NCBI GenBank assembly: GCA_046483445.1
Contig: JAWODD010000008.1
Location: 752-64,751 of the forward strand
Direction of reading: 5' to 3'
DNA from: Bacillota bacterium
GTDB lineage: Bacteria; Bacillota; Dethiobacteria; DTU022
Length of the DNA: 64,000 nt
Shown: positions 18,906 to 27,444 of the stretch, in pieces
Layout: every line of letters begins with the position of its first letter
Numbering within the stretch: position 1 is the stretch's first letter
Translations under genes and position numbers: made by a program
The notes under the pieces: model-generated
Databases searched by the model: none
Told to the model about the DNA's origin: nothing
The model's input: the letters and a program-made list of their open reading frames with translations, nothing else

Positions 18906-19886
18906 TTGCCCAAAGTATTGATTACCAGGCAGATCCCTGAAAAAGGGATGCAAATATTAAAGGAAAGCGATATTGAGTGCGATTTGCGGGAAACCGGCCG
19001 CCCTTTAGCCCGTAAGGAGCTCCTTGAAGCGGTTAGAGATGCCGATGCGATTATTCCCATGTTGTATGACAGGGTTGATCCGGAGCTGCTTGATCAGGCT
19101 TCCCGTTTAAAAATAGCGGCTAACCTGGCTGTGGGCACTGATAATATCGACATACCAGCCTGCACCGAGCGGGGAGTGGCCGTTACCAATACCCCGGGGG
19201 TTTTAACCGAAGCTACAGCGGAGATCACTTTTGCTCTTATTCTTGCCGCTGCCCGTCATATAGTGCCTGCAGACGGTTACATGCGCAAAGGTCATTTCAA
19301 CGGTTGGGATCCCATGCTCTTTGTGGGAGCTGAATTGAGCGGTAAAACTTTAGGCATCATCGGTTTGGGGCGTATTGGTCAGGCTGTTGCCAGGCGGGCC
19401 CTGGGCTTTGGAATGAGGATTATTTACTATAACCGCAGCAGGCTACCCGGTGAGTTAGCAGAAAGCTTAACTGCTACCTGCCGGTCCCTTGATCAGGTGA
19501 TTCAAGAGGCTGACTTTTTAACTCTGCACCTGCCTTATTATCCGGAAGTGCATTATTTAATCAATAAAGAAAGGCTTGCGATGATGAAACCTGGCGCTTA
19601 TTTGATCAATACGGCCAGGGGAGCCCATATTGATGAAAAAGGCCTGGTTGAACATTTAAAAGCCGGGAAAATTGCCGGAGCAGCCCTGGATGTCTATGAG
19701 CATGAACCGACAATGGCCCCGGGGCTTGCCGATTTGGATAATGTTACGATCCTGCCCCACCTGGGTAGTGCTACCGATAAAGCCCGTTCGGCCATGGCTG
19801 CAATTGCAGCCCAAAGCGTCGCTGATATTTTTACCGGCAAAATGCCGGAACACATCTTAAACCCGGAAGTTTTTAAGGAAAGCTAA
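18906..19886 (+). CDS. D-2-hydroxyacid dehydrogenase (glyoxylate/hydroxypyruvate reductase-like)
   Basis: GIIGLGRIGQAVARRA NAD-binding motif and NTARG...D catalytic region. Start re-called to TTG 18906, 8 nt after GGAGG. Confidence 0.8.
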   Translation: MPKVLITRQIPEKGMQILKESDIECDLRETGRPLARKELLEAVRDADAIIPMLYDRVDPELLDQASRLKIAANLAVGTDNIDIPACTERGVAVTNTPGVLTEATAEITFALILAAARHIVPADGYMRKGHFNGWDPMLFVGAELSGKTLGIIGLGRIGQAVARRALGFGMRIIYYNRSRLPGELAESLTATCRSLDQVIQEADFLTLHLPYYPEVHYLINKERLAMMKPGAYLINTARGAHIDEKGLVEHLKAGKIAGAALDVYEHEPTMAPGLADLDNVTILPHLGSATDKARSAMAAIAAQSVADIFTGKMPEHILNPEVFKES

Positions 19887-19986
19887 ACCCCGCCACCATT
19901 CAAAGCTTTAGAGCTGTGATATATTTTTTAACTTTGGTTAGCAATTAATAAATTTACCTGAGGATAAAAAGTTTAAGGAGTATTCT

Positions 19987-20823
19987 ATGGAACAAAATCA
20001 ACACCGGCCGGTAAAGGCATATAAAAATCTCGACTTTTTAAACAGCCCCGATGCTCGCACTATCCGCATCCTGGCTGAGTTTATCGAGCCAATGCATCGT
20101 TTCCGAGACCAGGATATTAACGATACCGTAGTTTTTTTTGGCTCTTCGCGCACAAAACCTCCTGAAATAGCGGAAAAAAATTTAAAAGAAGTTGAGCAGA
20201 AAATTGCAGAAGCAGGCAGCAATCCAGGCCCGGAACTGGAAGAAGAGCTTGAGATTGCCCGCAACCAGGTTTTTTTATCCAGGTATTATGAAGATGCGGT
20301 AGAGCTGGCCAAAAGGATTACGGCCTGGTCAAACTCCCTTAGTTCGAGCCACCGTTTTGTGGTTACTTCCGGTGGAGGCCCCGGGTTGATGGAAGCGGCA
20401 AATAAAGGGGCCTTGAAAGCCGGGGGTAAATCGGTTGGCTTAAATATCAGCATCCCCATGGAACAGTATTCCAATCACTACATTAGCCCGGAATTGAATT
20501 TTGAATTCCACTACTTTTTTATGCGCAAATTCTGGTTCATCTACCTGGCTAAAGCCCTGGTGATATTTCCGGGAGGATTTGGCACTCTTGACGAACTGTT
20601 TGAAGTGCTCACCCTGGTGCAAGCCAAGAAAGTGACGAAGCCAATGCCGATTATCATTTACGGATCACAGTACTGGAATGAAATTATCAGTATCGATAAT
20701 ATGGTCAAGTACGGGGTGATCTGTAAAAAAGACCGCGAGTTGATCAAGTTCTGCGATTCGGTTGACGAGGCCTTTGCATATCTAAAAAATGAATTAACCA
20801 GGCTTCATCTAAGTGGTGACTAA
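19987..20823 (+). CDS. LOG family (TIGR00730) nucleotide phosphoribohydrolase-like protein
   Basis: GGGPGLMEAANKGA and PGGFGTLDELFE motifs. Confidence 0.8.
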   Translation: MEQNQHRPVKAYKNLDFLNSPDARTIRILAEFIEPMHRFRDQDINDTVVFFGSSRTKPPEIAEKNLKEVEQKIAEAGSNPGPELEEELEIARNQVFLSRYYEDAVELAKRITAWSNSLSSSHRFVVTSGGGPGLMEAANKGALKAGGKSVGLNISIPMEQYSNHYISPELNFEFHYFFMRKFWFIYLAKALVIFPGGFGTLDELFEVLTLVQAKKVTKPMPIIIYGSQYWNEIISIDNMVKYGVICKKDRELIKFCDSVDEAFAYLKNELTRLHLSGD

Positions 20824-21008
20824 ATCCGCTCCGCCCAAAAATTTCATTCTTAAACCCACGGCTTGACATTAATATTAAAGAGAAGTCAAATGACCGCTGA
20901 CGGGGTTTACTGCGTCAGCTTGATGGACCGGGGGAGATGACTTTATTTCCACTGTGCTAACACTTATTAACCGTGGGTTAATCCTAACGTTGAGCAGGAT
21001 GGGAGGCA

Positions 21009-21040
21009 ACAACCGGCGCTGTTTTACCGGCGCCGGTTGT
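21009..21040. terminator. 10-bp perfect hairpin in a convergent gap (possible bidirectional terminator, no clear U tract)
   Basis: ACAACCGGCG...CGCCGGTTGT. Confidence 0.35.
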
Positions 21041-21077
21041 CTATTAGGGCAAGTAGTCTTTTTAGAAGTGAAATAAA

Positions 21078-21869
21078 TTAAGCTACTTTCTTCAGCTTTG
21101 GGTAAACAAAGTAGAGTTCGGATAAAATAGTAATGATAATACCGATAATGGCCATGGCGATTATCGCCGGGTACTGCCCGCCATACTCAGCCGGGTCAAC
21201 GTGCTTGATCAATATTCCGGTATAGGCCCAGATCAGGACCAGGCCGTAAGCGAAGTTTTTAAATTTGCGCAGCCAGCTTATACCGATGACCAGTGCGATG
21301 ATTAGCAGAATTACCGTCCAGAACTGGCTGGCAATCCCGGTCCAGCCCACACTGACCAGGAATGTGACAATGTTGGCGATGGTGGCCACGGTTATCCAGC
21401 CAAAGTAGATCCCGAAAGGCACCTTGATAAACCCTTTTTCCTTGAAACTTAGTTTTTCTCCGTGAATGATCGTGGCAATCATGTAGAGGCAGGCAAGTAT
21501 AACCAGCATAAAGAGCAGTGATAGCCAGATTACATCGTAATGCCAGGTGAGGATCCACAGGCCATTGGCGACAGAAGAGATAGAGAAGTAAATCCCAATT
21601 TTTTGGAACAGGCTTTCCCGGCCTGTTCCTTTATCGGCCTGGAACAGGCCCAGCTGGTAAAGAGTGTAGCCGGCCAGAAGTAAGTAGATCAGTCCCCAGA
21701 TGCTAAATGTTATCGTGGACGGGGCGAAGAGGTCGAAGTACATGTTGGATACTTCCCCGGTCGTTATTCCGTTAATAGGTAAAGCGTTTGCCAGGCCGTT
21801 AAGTATAATCATCAATAAGTAAGTGATCACAACAACTATCTTGATGATGAGTCCATTGTTGTCTTTCAT
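21078..21869 (-). CDS. TspO/MBR-related tryptophan-rich membrane protein (long form)
   Basis: Multi-TM and Trp-rich: FSIWGLIYLLL, NGLWILTWHY, FGIYFGWITVATIAN. Last gene of the CsoR-family operon. Confidence 0.5.
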   Translation of the reverse strand: MKDNNGLIIKIVVVITYLLMIILNGLANALPINGITTGEVSNMYFDLFAPSTITFSIWGLIYLLLAGYTLYQLGLFQADKGTGRESLFQKIGIYFSISSVANGLWILTWHYDVIWLSLLFMLVILACLYMIATIIHGEKLSFKEKGFIKVPFGIYFGWITVATIANIVTFLVSVGWTGIASQFWTVILLIIALVIGISWLRKFKNFAYGLVLIWAYTGILIKHVDPAEYGGQYPAIIAMAIIGIIITILSELYFVYPKLKKVA

Positions 21870-21983
21870 TAATTACACCCCTTTATTTAATATTATTGGT
21901 AAATATTATTAAATCATCCTTGTCCTATTTATGCAAAATATTGTCATAATTGCTTTCATAATAGAAGCAATAAGATAGCGGAT

Positions 21984-22265
21984 TTACATCCTGGTATGAA
22001 GCAGCAAGTTTACAAAGCGTTCTACCGCTTCTTCATCATTATCGCCTTTTTGCCGAGCTTCTTCTAGGCAAATCAAAAAAAAGTTGGCCACCACCAGCTT
22101 GGTCACTCCTTCCAGGGCCGAGTGCACCGCACTGAGCTGAGTCACAATATCCTCACAATCTTTGTTTTCTTCGACCATTCGGCGAACAGCCCTAATTTGC
22201 CCTTCCAGGCGGGAAAGGCGGTTGCTCACTTTTTTCCGGTTTTCCTTGTTTGGTTCCATGCTCAT
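21984..22265 (-). CDS. CsoR/RcnR/FrmR-family (DUF156) metal- or thiol-sensing repressor
   Basis: RLSRLEGQIRAVRRMVEE..DCEDIVTQLSAVHSAL.......C is the family core. Confidence 0.85.
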   Translation of the reverse strand: MSMEPNKENRKKVSNRLSRLEGQIRAVRRMVEENKDCEDIVTQLSAVHSALEGVTKLVVANFFLICLEEARQKGDNDEEAVERFVNLLLHTRM

Positions 22266-22331
22266 ACCTTCTATCCTGATATAATATGTTTAAGCTCATT
22301 TTTGCAAAAGGAGCAGCTTTTCCTGCTCAAT

Positions 22332-23822
22332 TTAGACAAAACTTTCATAAAATATATTTGCTTCCTTGATTCCTTTTTCAATCAATATTTGTGTTGCGCC
22401 GCTTGCCATCTGGGCGGTGCCGCAGATATAGACCTTGGTTTCAGGTGATAATTCAAGGTTTTTTAGCACCTCGGTGACGTAGCCTTTGGGGTGGTTGTTT
22501 GTCCGGGGCCTGGAAAGCACCTTGTAGTAATCGAAATTGCTATTATCACCGGCCATGGATTCAAGATAATCGTCAAAAACCAGGTCTTCTTCGTATCGTG
22601 CCCCGTAGAGAAGGGTAGTTTTACCTTCAAAGGAGTACGTTTTTTGATCGAAGAAGTTTTGAACGCTAGAAACGAAGGGGGTGATGCCAATGCCGTTGGC
22701 GATAAATAAAAGTTCTTTGCCTGCTGGATCCACCCGCAACTCATTCCCCATTGGTCCCTTAAGGTTCAAGACATCTCCTTCGCTGAAGTTATCGAAGATC
22801 AGGTTGGTGCCGTAACCATCTGCTAACCTTTTGATGGTCACGCTAACTTCAGAGTGGTCCTCATTGGAACCGGAAATAGTATAGGCCCGGTACATCTTTA
22901 TCTCAGGCAAAACTTCCACCAGCAGGAACTGCCCGGGTTGATAAGGCATTTGGTCCGGTTCAAGCAGTTCAAAAGTATATATGCGGATATCACTCTTCAG
23001 TTCCTCTATCGCTTTGATCCGAGCCTGGTAATACTGTGCATTTTCAAACCCTTCCAGGGAAACATTTTCTTTCACTACCTTTGCTTCCTGTGGGGGTGCC
23101 ATCTGCAAAATGCCAGCTGGGCAGTTGTTAACACAGGTATTGCAGCGGATGCATCTTTCATCGTCAAGCTGATAATTTTCAGAAAACTCCAGGTAGGGGC
23201 TTAGTTGCATGGGGCAAACCCGGGCACACTTGCCGCAGGAATGGCAAAGATCGGGGTGGCTGACGGTCACCTTCTGATCAGATCTATTGGCCAGACCGGT
23301 CGCCTTGCCCAGCTTGTAAAAGAAAGTTTGGATTGTGCCCATGGGGCAAAATTGACACCAGGTTCTTTCATTAATGACAACCCCTAAAAAGCCGCCGACA
23401 AGAAGAACCATTAAGTAGGTGGTTGAAAACACCAGTCCCAGGCGTTCAAATAATTCACCAGTTCCCAGGGTGGCATAAACCTCGATAAATCTTCTGCCCA
23501 GGTTAAACATGAAAAACACAAGGACTGCGCCTATAATAACATGGGAGCGTAAAAAGGTCGGGATTTTTGCATGCCTGCTGATCGGCCCCAGCAGATTATC
23601 AAAAAAACTGCCGTGCGGGCAGAAATTGCCGCACCAGAATTTGCCCTTAAACAGGCTTATCCCCATCAAAGCAAGCATGATAAAGGGGACCAGTAAACCC
23701 AGCAAAGGCATAAACTGACCGCCAATACCGATCAGCACAGCTAATAACCAGATATATTTTCTCACTGGAGAAAAAGATCGTTCTGTTTTAATGTAAAATG
23801 CTACCGGCGGATTGTTCTGCAT
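22332..23822 (-). CDS. membrane polyferredoxin (NapH/MauN-like) fused to a ferredoxin-NADP reductase-like FAD/NAD(P) domain
   Basis: N-terminal TM region with CxxCP motifs (FCPHGS, WCQFCPMG). Two 4Fe-4S motifs (CHSCGKCARVCP, CIRCNTCVNNCP). Then RAYTIS (FAD), LFIANGIGITPF (NAD(P)) and ICGTAQM. Confidence 0.75.
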   Translation of the reverse strand: MQNNPPVAFYIKTERSFSPVRKYIWLLAVLIGIGGQFMPLLGLLVPFIMLALMGISLFKGKFWCGNFCPHGSFFDNLLGPISRHAKIPTFLRSHVIIGAVLVFFMFNLGRRFIEVYATLGTGELFERLGLVFSTTYLMVLLVGGFLGVVINERTWCQFCPMGTIQTFFYKLGKATGLANRSDQKVTVSHPDLCHSCGKCARVCPMQLSPYLEFSENYQLDDERCIRCNTCVNNCPAGILQMAPPQEAKVVKENVSLEGFENAQYYQARIKAIEELKSDIRIYTFELLEPDQMPYQPGQFLLVEVLPEIKMYRAYTISGSNEDHSEVSVTIKRLADGYGTNLIFDNFSEGDVLNLKGPMGNELRVDPAGKELLFIANGIGITPFVSSVQNFFDQKTYSFEGKTTLLYGARYEEDLVFDDYLESMAGDNSNFDYYKVLSRPRTNNHPKGYVTEVLKNLELSPETKVYICGTAQMASGATQILIEKGIKEANIFYESFV

Positions 23823-23853
23823 AATTTAAAACTCCTTTACTGCTTTATTTGAT

Positions 23854-23869
23854 ATACCCCCAAGGGTAT
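23854..23869. promoter_or_regulatory. CsoR-type operator candidate 1 (ATACCC-CCAA-GGGTAT)
   Basis: Palindrome 32-47 nt upstream of the operon ATG (23822). It contains the 12-mer TACCCCCAAGGG. Confidence 0.55.
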
Positions 23870-24001
23870 TTTATTGTTATTATTATTTTATCCCCCTTAC
23901 TTTTTAAAGTCAAGGGTTCAATAATAAACTTTGAATGACAAAAGAGCAGAAGGCAGTAAAGGATAAAATTATTATTAGAAGAATTTTTTTAGTTGGTGAA
24001 A

Positions 24002-24270
24002 ATGCTATGGAGACTCCCCTTGGGGGTACAGAATATAACCGTAGTCGGTTATACACTTGTTTGCCCGGGATGCAGCGGTAAAAAATTTTGGGAACGGGAT
24101 AACTCTATTGAATACAGGAGGGGCCACCTTTCTGGGGTTTGACTGGGCTAACTGTAATGCAAATAATTATGTTTTTGCGGAACTTGTCATTACATGTTCT
24201 GTTCCACGAGTAATCATGGTGGTCAGGCAATAGTATCTCTAATGTTTTCATGTCTTTCATGTTCTTTTTG
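24002..24270 (+). pseudogene. possible small CxxC...CxxC zinc-ribbon gene interrupted by two compensating homopolymer indels
   Basis: Frame A encodes ...YTLVCPGCSGKK and stops at 24140. Frame B (24078-24233) encodes FGNGITLLNTGGATFLGFDWANCNANNYV. Frame A resumes with FCGTCHYMF. The switch points coincide with A6 (24080-24085) and T5 (24172-24176). Confidence 0.25.
24017..24028. promoter_or_regulatory. CsoR-type operator candidate 2 (same 12-mer, opposite orientation)
   Basis: The minus strand reads TACCCCCAAGGG, identical to 23855-23866 on the plus strand. Confidence 0.45.
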
Positions 24271-25521
24271 ATCAATAATATCTTTTAAATTCCGGATCAC
24301 TTGCCAGGTTTCATAAAAAGTATTATAGAGCGCCAGGGGAGCTAAACGAATAATATTGGGAGCCCTGAAATCGGGGACGATACCCCTTTCTTTGAGCGCT
24401 TTGGTGATGCTTGCTGCGTTTTCATGTTCTATTGCCACATGTCCGCCCCGGCGTGTTATATCACGCGGGCTGCCTAAATAGTAGTTGTAGGGTGCTTTTG
24501 CAAGCCCTTCTTCCTCGAGCAAATAGATCAGGTAAGAAGTCAGGCTGATTGATTTCTTGCGAATGTTTTCGATACCCGCTTCCCTGAAAATCTTTAGAGA
24601 TCCTTCCAGGGGAGCGGTGCTCAATATTTGGGGTGAACTGATCTGCCATCCTCCAGTGCCAATTGCCTGCTCAAATTCCAGAAGCATGTCAAACTGTTTG
24701 TCTTTCCGGTAACCCCACCAACCGGCAAGCGAAATTTCTTTTCCAAAATGTTTGCGGTTAACGTATAAGCTGGCGGTGGCGCCCGGGCCGCCATTCATAT
24801 GCTTGTAGTTACACCACAGGGCAAAATCAACTTCCCACTGGTCAAATTCGTGGGGCACCGCGCCGATGGAATGGCTGCAGTCAAACCCGATCGGAATGTT
24901 TTTCTCCTGGGCTTTTGCAGTAAGTCTTTCCATATCAAGCAGTTGACCGCTGCGGTAATAGACTGAAGGTAGGAGAATCAAGGCAATTTCTTCGCTTTCT
25001 TCTTCTAATCTGGAAATGATATCGTCTTCATCAATCAAGCGGTTGTCTTTGCTTTTAACCAGCCTGAGTTGCTCTTGTGGGTCCAGCCCTTTATTTTTAA
25101 TCTGGCTTTTTAGGGCATAAATATCGGAAGGGAAGTTTAGTTCATCGGCCAGGATTTTTGTTTTTGATCCCTGCGGCTGATAAAAAGTTCCCACCAGGGC
25201 ATGCAGGTTGATGGTGGTAGTGCCGGTTACTATCACTTCATCTTCTTCCGCTCCCACCAGCGGAGCCTGCATTGCTCCCAGTTTTTCACCGTAATAAAAC
25301 CAGGGGTTGCCTTTATCCAGCCAGCCTTCTATACCAAGGCGTTTCCACTGTTCCAGCACTTTAAAAAGACTCTTTTCCCCTTCCTTGGATAACAAGCCCA
25401 GGGAGTTTCCATCCATGTAAATTTTACCTTTTGGCAGGTAGAATCTATTCCGGTATTTTGCCAGTGGGTCCTGTTTATCCATTCTATGGGCCCCTTCTTT
25501 TACCGCCTGTAAAAAAGTCAT
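24223..25521 (-). CDS. kynU: kynureninase
   Basis: IYMDGNSLGL, TTTINLH, HSIGAVP and CNYKHMNGGPG (PLP-Lys region) match the kynureninase pattern over the full length. Confidence 0.85.
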   Translation of the reverse strand: MTFLQAVKEGAHRMDKQDPLAKYRNRFYLPKGKIYMDGNSLGLLSKEGEKSLFKVLEQWKRLGIEGWLDKGNPWFYYGEKLGAMQAPLVGAEEDEVIVTGTTTINLHALVGTFYQPQGSKTKILADELNFPSDIYALKSQIKNKGLDPQEQLRLVKSKDNRLIDEDDIISRLEEESEEIALILLPSVYYRSGQLLDMERLTAKAQEKNIPIGFDCSHSIGAVPHEFDQWEVDFALWCNYKHMNGGPGATASLYVNRKHFGKEISLAGWWGYRKDKQFDMLLEFEQAIGTGGWQISSPQILSTAPLEGSLKIFREAGIENIRKKSISLTSYLIYLLEEEGLAKAPYNYYLGSPRDITRRGGHVAIEHENAASITKALKERGIVPDFRAPNIIRLAPLALYNTFYETWQVIRNLKDIIDQKEHERHENIRDTIA

Positions 25522-25697
25522 TGTTTTCCCCTCCCCGCTTAATTCAAGCGAAAATATTTTTAAATAGAATCATAAAACTTTTTTCTATTATACAATACCG
25601 GATAATGATAAGGCTAATAATTTATCTTTAAAAAATTGACAGGAAACCGGTTAATGGTGGTAGCTGCGTCCGGCACTTCTATGTAATCACAATAGAT

Positions 25698-26525
25698 TTA
25701 CTTGATCAAGCGGCGGCGCATTAGTACCTGGGGCAGGGGGAAAATTGCCGCGACGAAGACAAGTAGCCAAAGCACATGATAGATCAAATCGGGATAAACC
25801 AACCCGAGGGTGAGAGAGCGCAACAGGACGACAATGTGATAGAGAGGCAGCAGCCAGGCCAGGGTTTGCACGATCTCTGGTAGCACATCCAGGGGGAAGA
25901 AGACCCCGGAAAAAAGAAACATGGGAGTGACCACCAGGGTAAAAAAATAGGCGAAATTATCGATTTTGGGTACGATACCGGTCCAGATCATGGCAATCTG
26001 TGAGAAAACCAGGCCGTTTAGGACAAGCACAAAGGGAACTAACAAAGCCCAAGGGGAGAGGACCAGTCCCAGTATGGCGATAACGATTAAAATAACTACC
26101 CCCGACAGGACGCTCTTAAATGTGCCGTAGAGTAATTCTCCGACCACCACTTCCTGTAAGTTGATCGGTGTGGCTATAATGGCATGGTAAATCTTCTGGA
26201 AGTGCATGCGCACGAAAGAATCATAGGAGCATTCCGCAGCCGAAGCCCACATGGCGGAAGTAGCTACAATACCCGGGGCAATGAACTGGGTATAGGTCAT
26301 CCCTTCGAAATCCTCGATCATTACCCCCAGGCCAATTCCCAGTGCGGCCAGGTATAATAGAGGTTCGACGATATTAAATGCAATACTGGTGTGCCAGGTT
26401 TTTTTAAAAACGACCAGGTTGCGGTTAAGCACTTTAAAAGCCCACCGGTTTAGCGGTTTATAATATCTGGTTAGAGACCTCACTCTCGGGGTGATGCCCG
26501 CTTCTATGGACAGTGTCTTCTTCAT
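25698..26525 (-). CDS. ABC-2 type transporter permease
   Basis: Six TM segments, ~275 aa, directly downstream of the ATPase gene, which it overlaps by 68 nt. Confidence 0.75.
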   Translation of the reverse strand: MKKTLSIEAGITPRVRSLTRYYKPLNRWAFKVLNRNLVVFKKTWHTSIAFNIVEPLLYLAALGIGLGVMIEDFEGMTYTQFIAPGIVATSAMWASAAECSYDSFVRMHFQKIYHAIIATPINLQEVVVGELLYGTFKSVLSGVVILIVIAILGLVLSPWALLVPFVLVLNGLVFSQIAMIWTGIVPKIDNFAYFFTLVVTPMFLFSGVFFPLDVLPEIVQTLAWLLPLYHIVVLLRSLTLGLVYPDLIYHVLWLLVFVAAIFPLPQVLMRRRLIK

Positions 26526-27444
26526 AAATTAATCCTCTTCCCGTAAGTTTTAAAAATACATCTTCTAAGTTCGAAGGCCTAACCTGATAAGTTTGCACAT
26601 TGTTATTTAAATTTATAAGTTCCAGGACCCTTGATTCATCGTTGGAGATAAAAAGATAAACCGTGTTTCCGGCTACCTGGTAACCGCTGATTTTGTTTTC
26701 AAGGTTTTGCAGTAAAAATGGTTGTAACTGCGGCTCTATTTCTACCTCGATCACTTTGGTGCCCACATGGTGGCTGATTAGTTCTGACGGCTGGCCCTGC
26801 TCTAAAATGATCCCTTTGTTCATGATGATCAGATCGTCGCATAGCTGGCTGGCTTCTTCCAAGTAGTGGGTGGTTAAAATGAGGGTCAATCCCCGTTTTT
26901 TTAGCCAGCGTAGGTGTTCCCAGATCAAACGGCGGCTTTGAGGGTCAAGCCCGGTGGTTGGTTCGTCTAAAATTAAGATTTCCGGATCATGGATTAAACC
27001 GCGCGCTATGGTAAGCCTGCGCTTCATTCCGCCTGATATTTGCTCGACTTCCTGGGTGGCTTTGGCGGAAAGATCAAAAAAGTAAAGCAGTTCGTCCGCC
27101 CGTTTTTTGGCTATTTCACGGTTGATGCCATAGTAGCTGGCATAAACAAGAAGATTTTCCCGGATGCTTAACTCCTGGTCTAAATTATTTTCCTGCGGAA
27201 CCACGCCCAGCCGGGTTTTTATGACCCGCGAATCGTTATTAACATCATAGCCGAGAACTTTCAATTTCCCGTCCGTGACCGGATGAAAACAGTAAATCAT
27301 GGCAACTACAGTGGTTTTGCCGGCCCCGTTGGGGCCGAGAATACCAAAGCATTGTCCCCGGCTTATTGTAAAAGCGATCCCGTCTACAGCGGTAAAACTG
27401 TTATAGTTTTTCTTTAAGTTTTCTGCTTCTACAACTATACTCAA
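26458..27444 (-). CDS. ABC transporter ATP-binding protein (DrrA/NodI-like)
   Basis: Walker A GPNGAGKTT, signature SGGMKRRL, Walker B ILILDEPT. Confidence 0.9.
   Translation of the reverse strand: MSIVVEAENLKKNYNSFTAVDGIAFTISRGQCFGILGPNGAGKTTVVAMIYCFHPVTDGKLKVLGYDVNNDSRVIKTRLGVVPQENNLDQELSIRENLLVYASYYGINREIAKKRADELLYFFDLSAKATQEVEQISGGMKRRLTIARGLIHDPEILILDEPTTGLDPQSRRLIWEHLRWLKKRGLTLILTTHYLEEASQLCDDLIIMNKGIILEQGQPSELISHHVGTKVIEVEIEPQLQPFLLQNLENKISGYQVAGNTVYLFISNDESRVLELINLNNNVQTYQVRPSNLEDVFLKLTGRGLIYEEDTVHRSGHHPESEVSNQIL

Noticed and set aside
26458-26525. 68-nt overlap between the ABC ATPase 3' end and the permease 5' end, as a possible frameshift or fusion artefact.
   Set aside because: Both frames read sensibly. 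The ATPase is complete through its C-terminal region, and the permease N-terminus is basic, as expected before TM1. Nothing forces a frameshift interpretation, although the ATPase tail is ~20 aa longer than usual.
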